Shown piece after piece: positions 24,526 to 24,559 of a stretch of 24,559 nucleotides of DNA. Numbering within the stretch: the stretch's first letter is position 1; each line of letters starts with the position of its first letter. The stretch is from a virus. Lineage: Duplodnaviria > Caudoviricetes. A program made the position numbers and the translations under genes. The notes under the pieces were generated by a model. The model made no database searches. It had not been told where the DNA came from and saw only the letters and a list, made by a program, of their open reading frames with translations. The stretch covers positions 1-24,559 of IMG/VR virus record IMGVR_UViG_3300005758_000141; one strand, 5' to 3'.

Positions 24526-24559
24526 AAATTCTTCTCCTTCAGCTTGGCTTCGATGGCGC
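24522..24559 (-). CDS. 3' end of a gene truncated by the window edge (...AIEAKLKEKNL*)
   Basis: Same LKEKN C-terminal motif as the next gene; GTGA overlap. Confidence 0.55.
   Translation of the reverse strand, partial: AIEAKLKEKNL

Noticed and set aside
1-24559. Genome-wide TAG stop-codon reassignment
   Set aside because: Only one in-frame TAG was found, and all long structural genes are intact under the standard code.
1-24559. CRISPR array, tRNA, integrase/att site, reverse transcriptase/DGR or lysis cassette
   Set aside because: No regularly spaced repeats, cloverleaf with a T-loop, or corresponding protein motifs were seen by eye in this window.

Overview
A 24.6-kb segment of a tailed dsDNA bacteriophage (or prophage), with every credible gene on the minus strand. 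The gene order resembles a P22-type podovirus. Reading right to left: small accessory genes, an SF4 (DnaB/T7 gp4-like) helicase, a RusA resolvase, a ~400-nt densely structured intergenic region, an N4/N6 DNA methyltransferase, two adjacent HNH-type nucleases, a cluster of tiny Lys-rich proteins, an HNH endonuclease interrupted by an in-frame TAG, GT2 glycosyltransferase #1, TerS, TerL, portal, scaffold, major capsid protein, another HNH endonuclease, GT2 glycosyltransferase #2, head-tail adaptor, a tail fibre/receptor-binding cassette with chaperone, a gp10-like tail hub, a needle-position protein, a GNAT-like protein and three ejection-type proteins (the last runs off the left edge). The most notable signals are: (i) a candidate large ncRNA at ~21630-22030 with a loop-loop pairing, a terminator-like stem and a second long-range pseudoknot; (ii) two homing endonuclease genes whose Shine-Dalgarno is hidden in a hairpin that a -10 box overlaps or abuts; (iii) two glycosyltransferases bracketing the head genes, suggesting virion glycosylation; (iv) several small genes missing from the ORF track. 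All family assignments come from motif recognition and gene order, not database searches.
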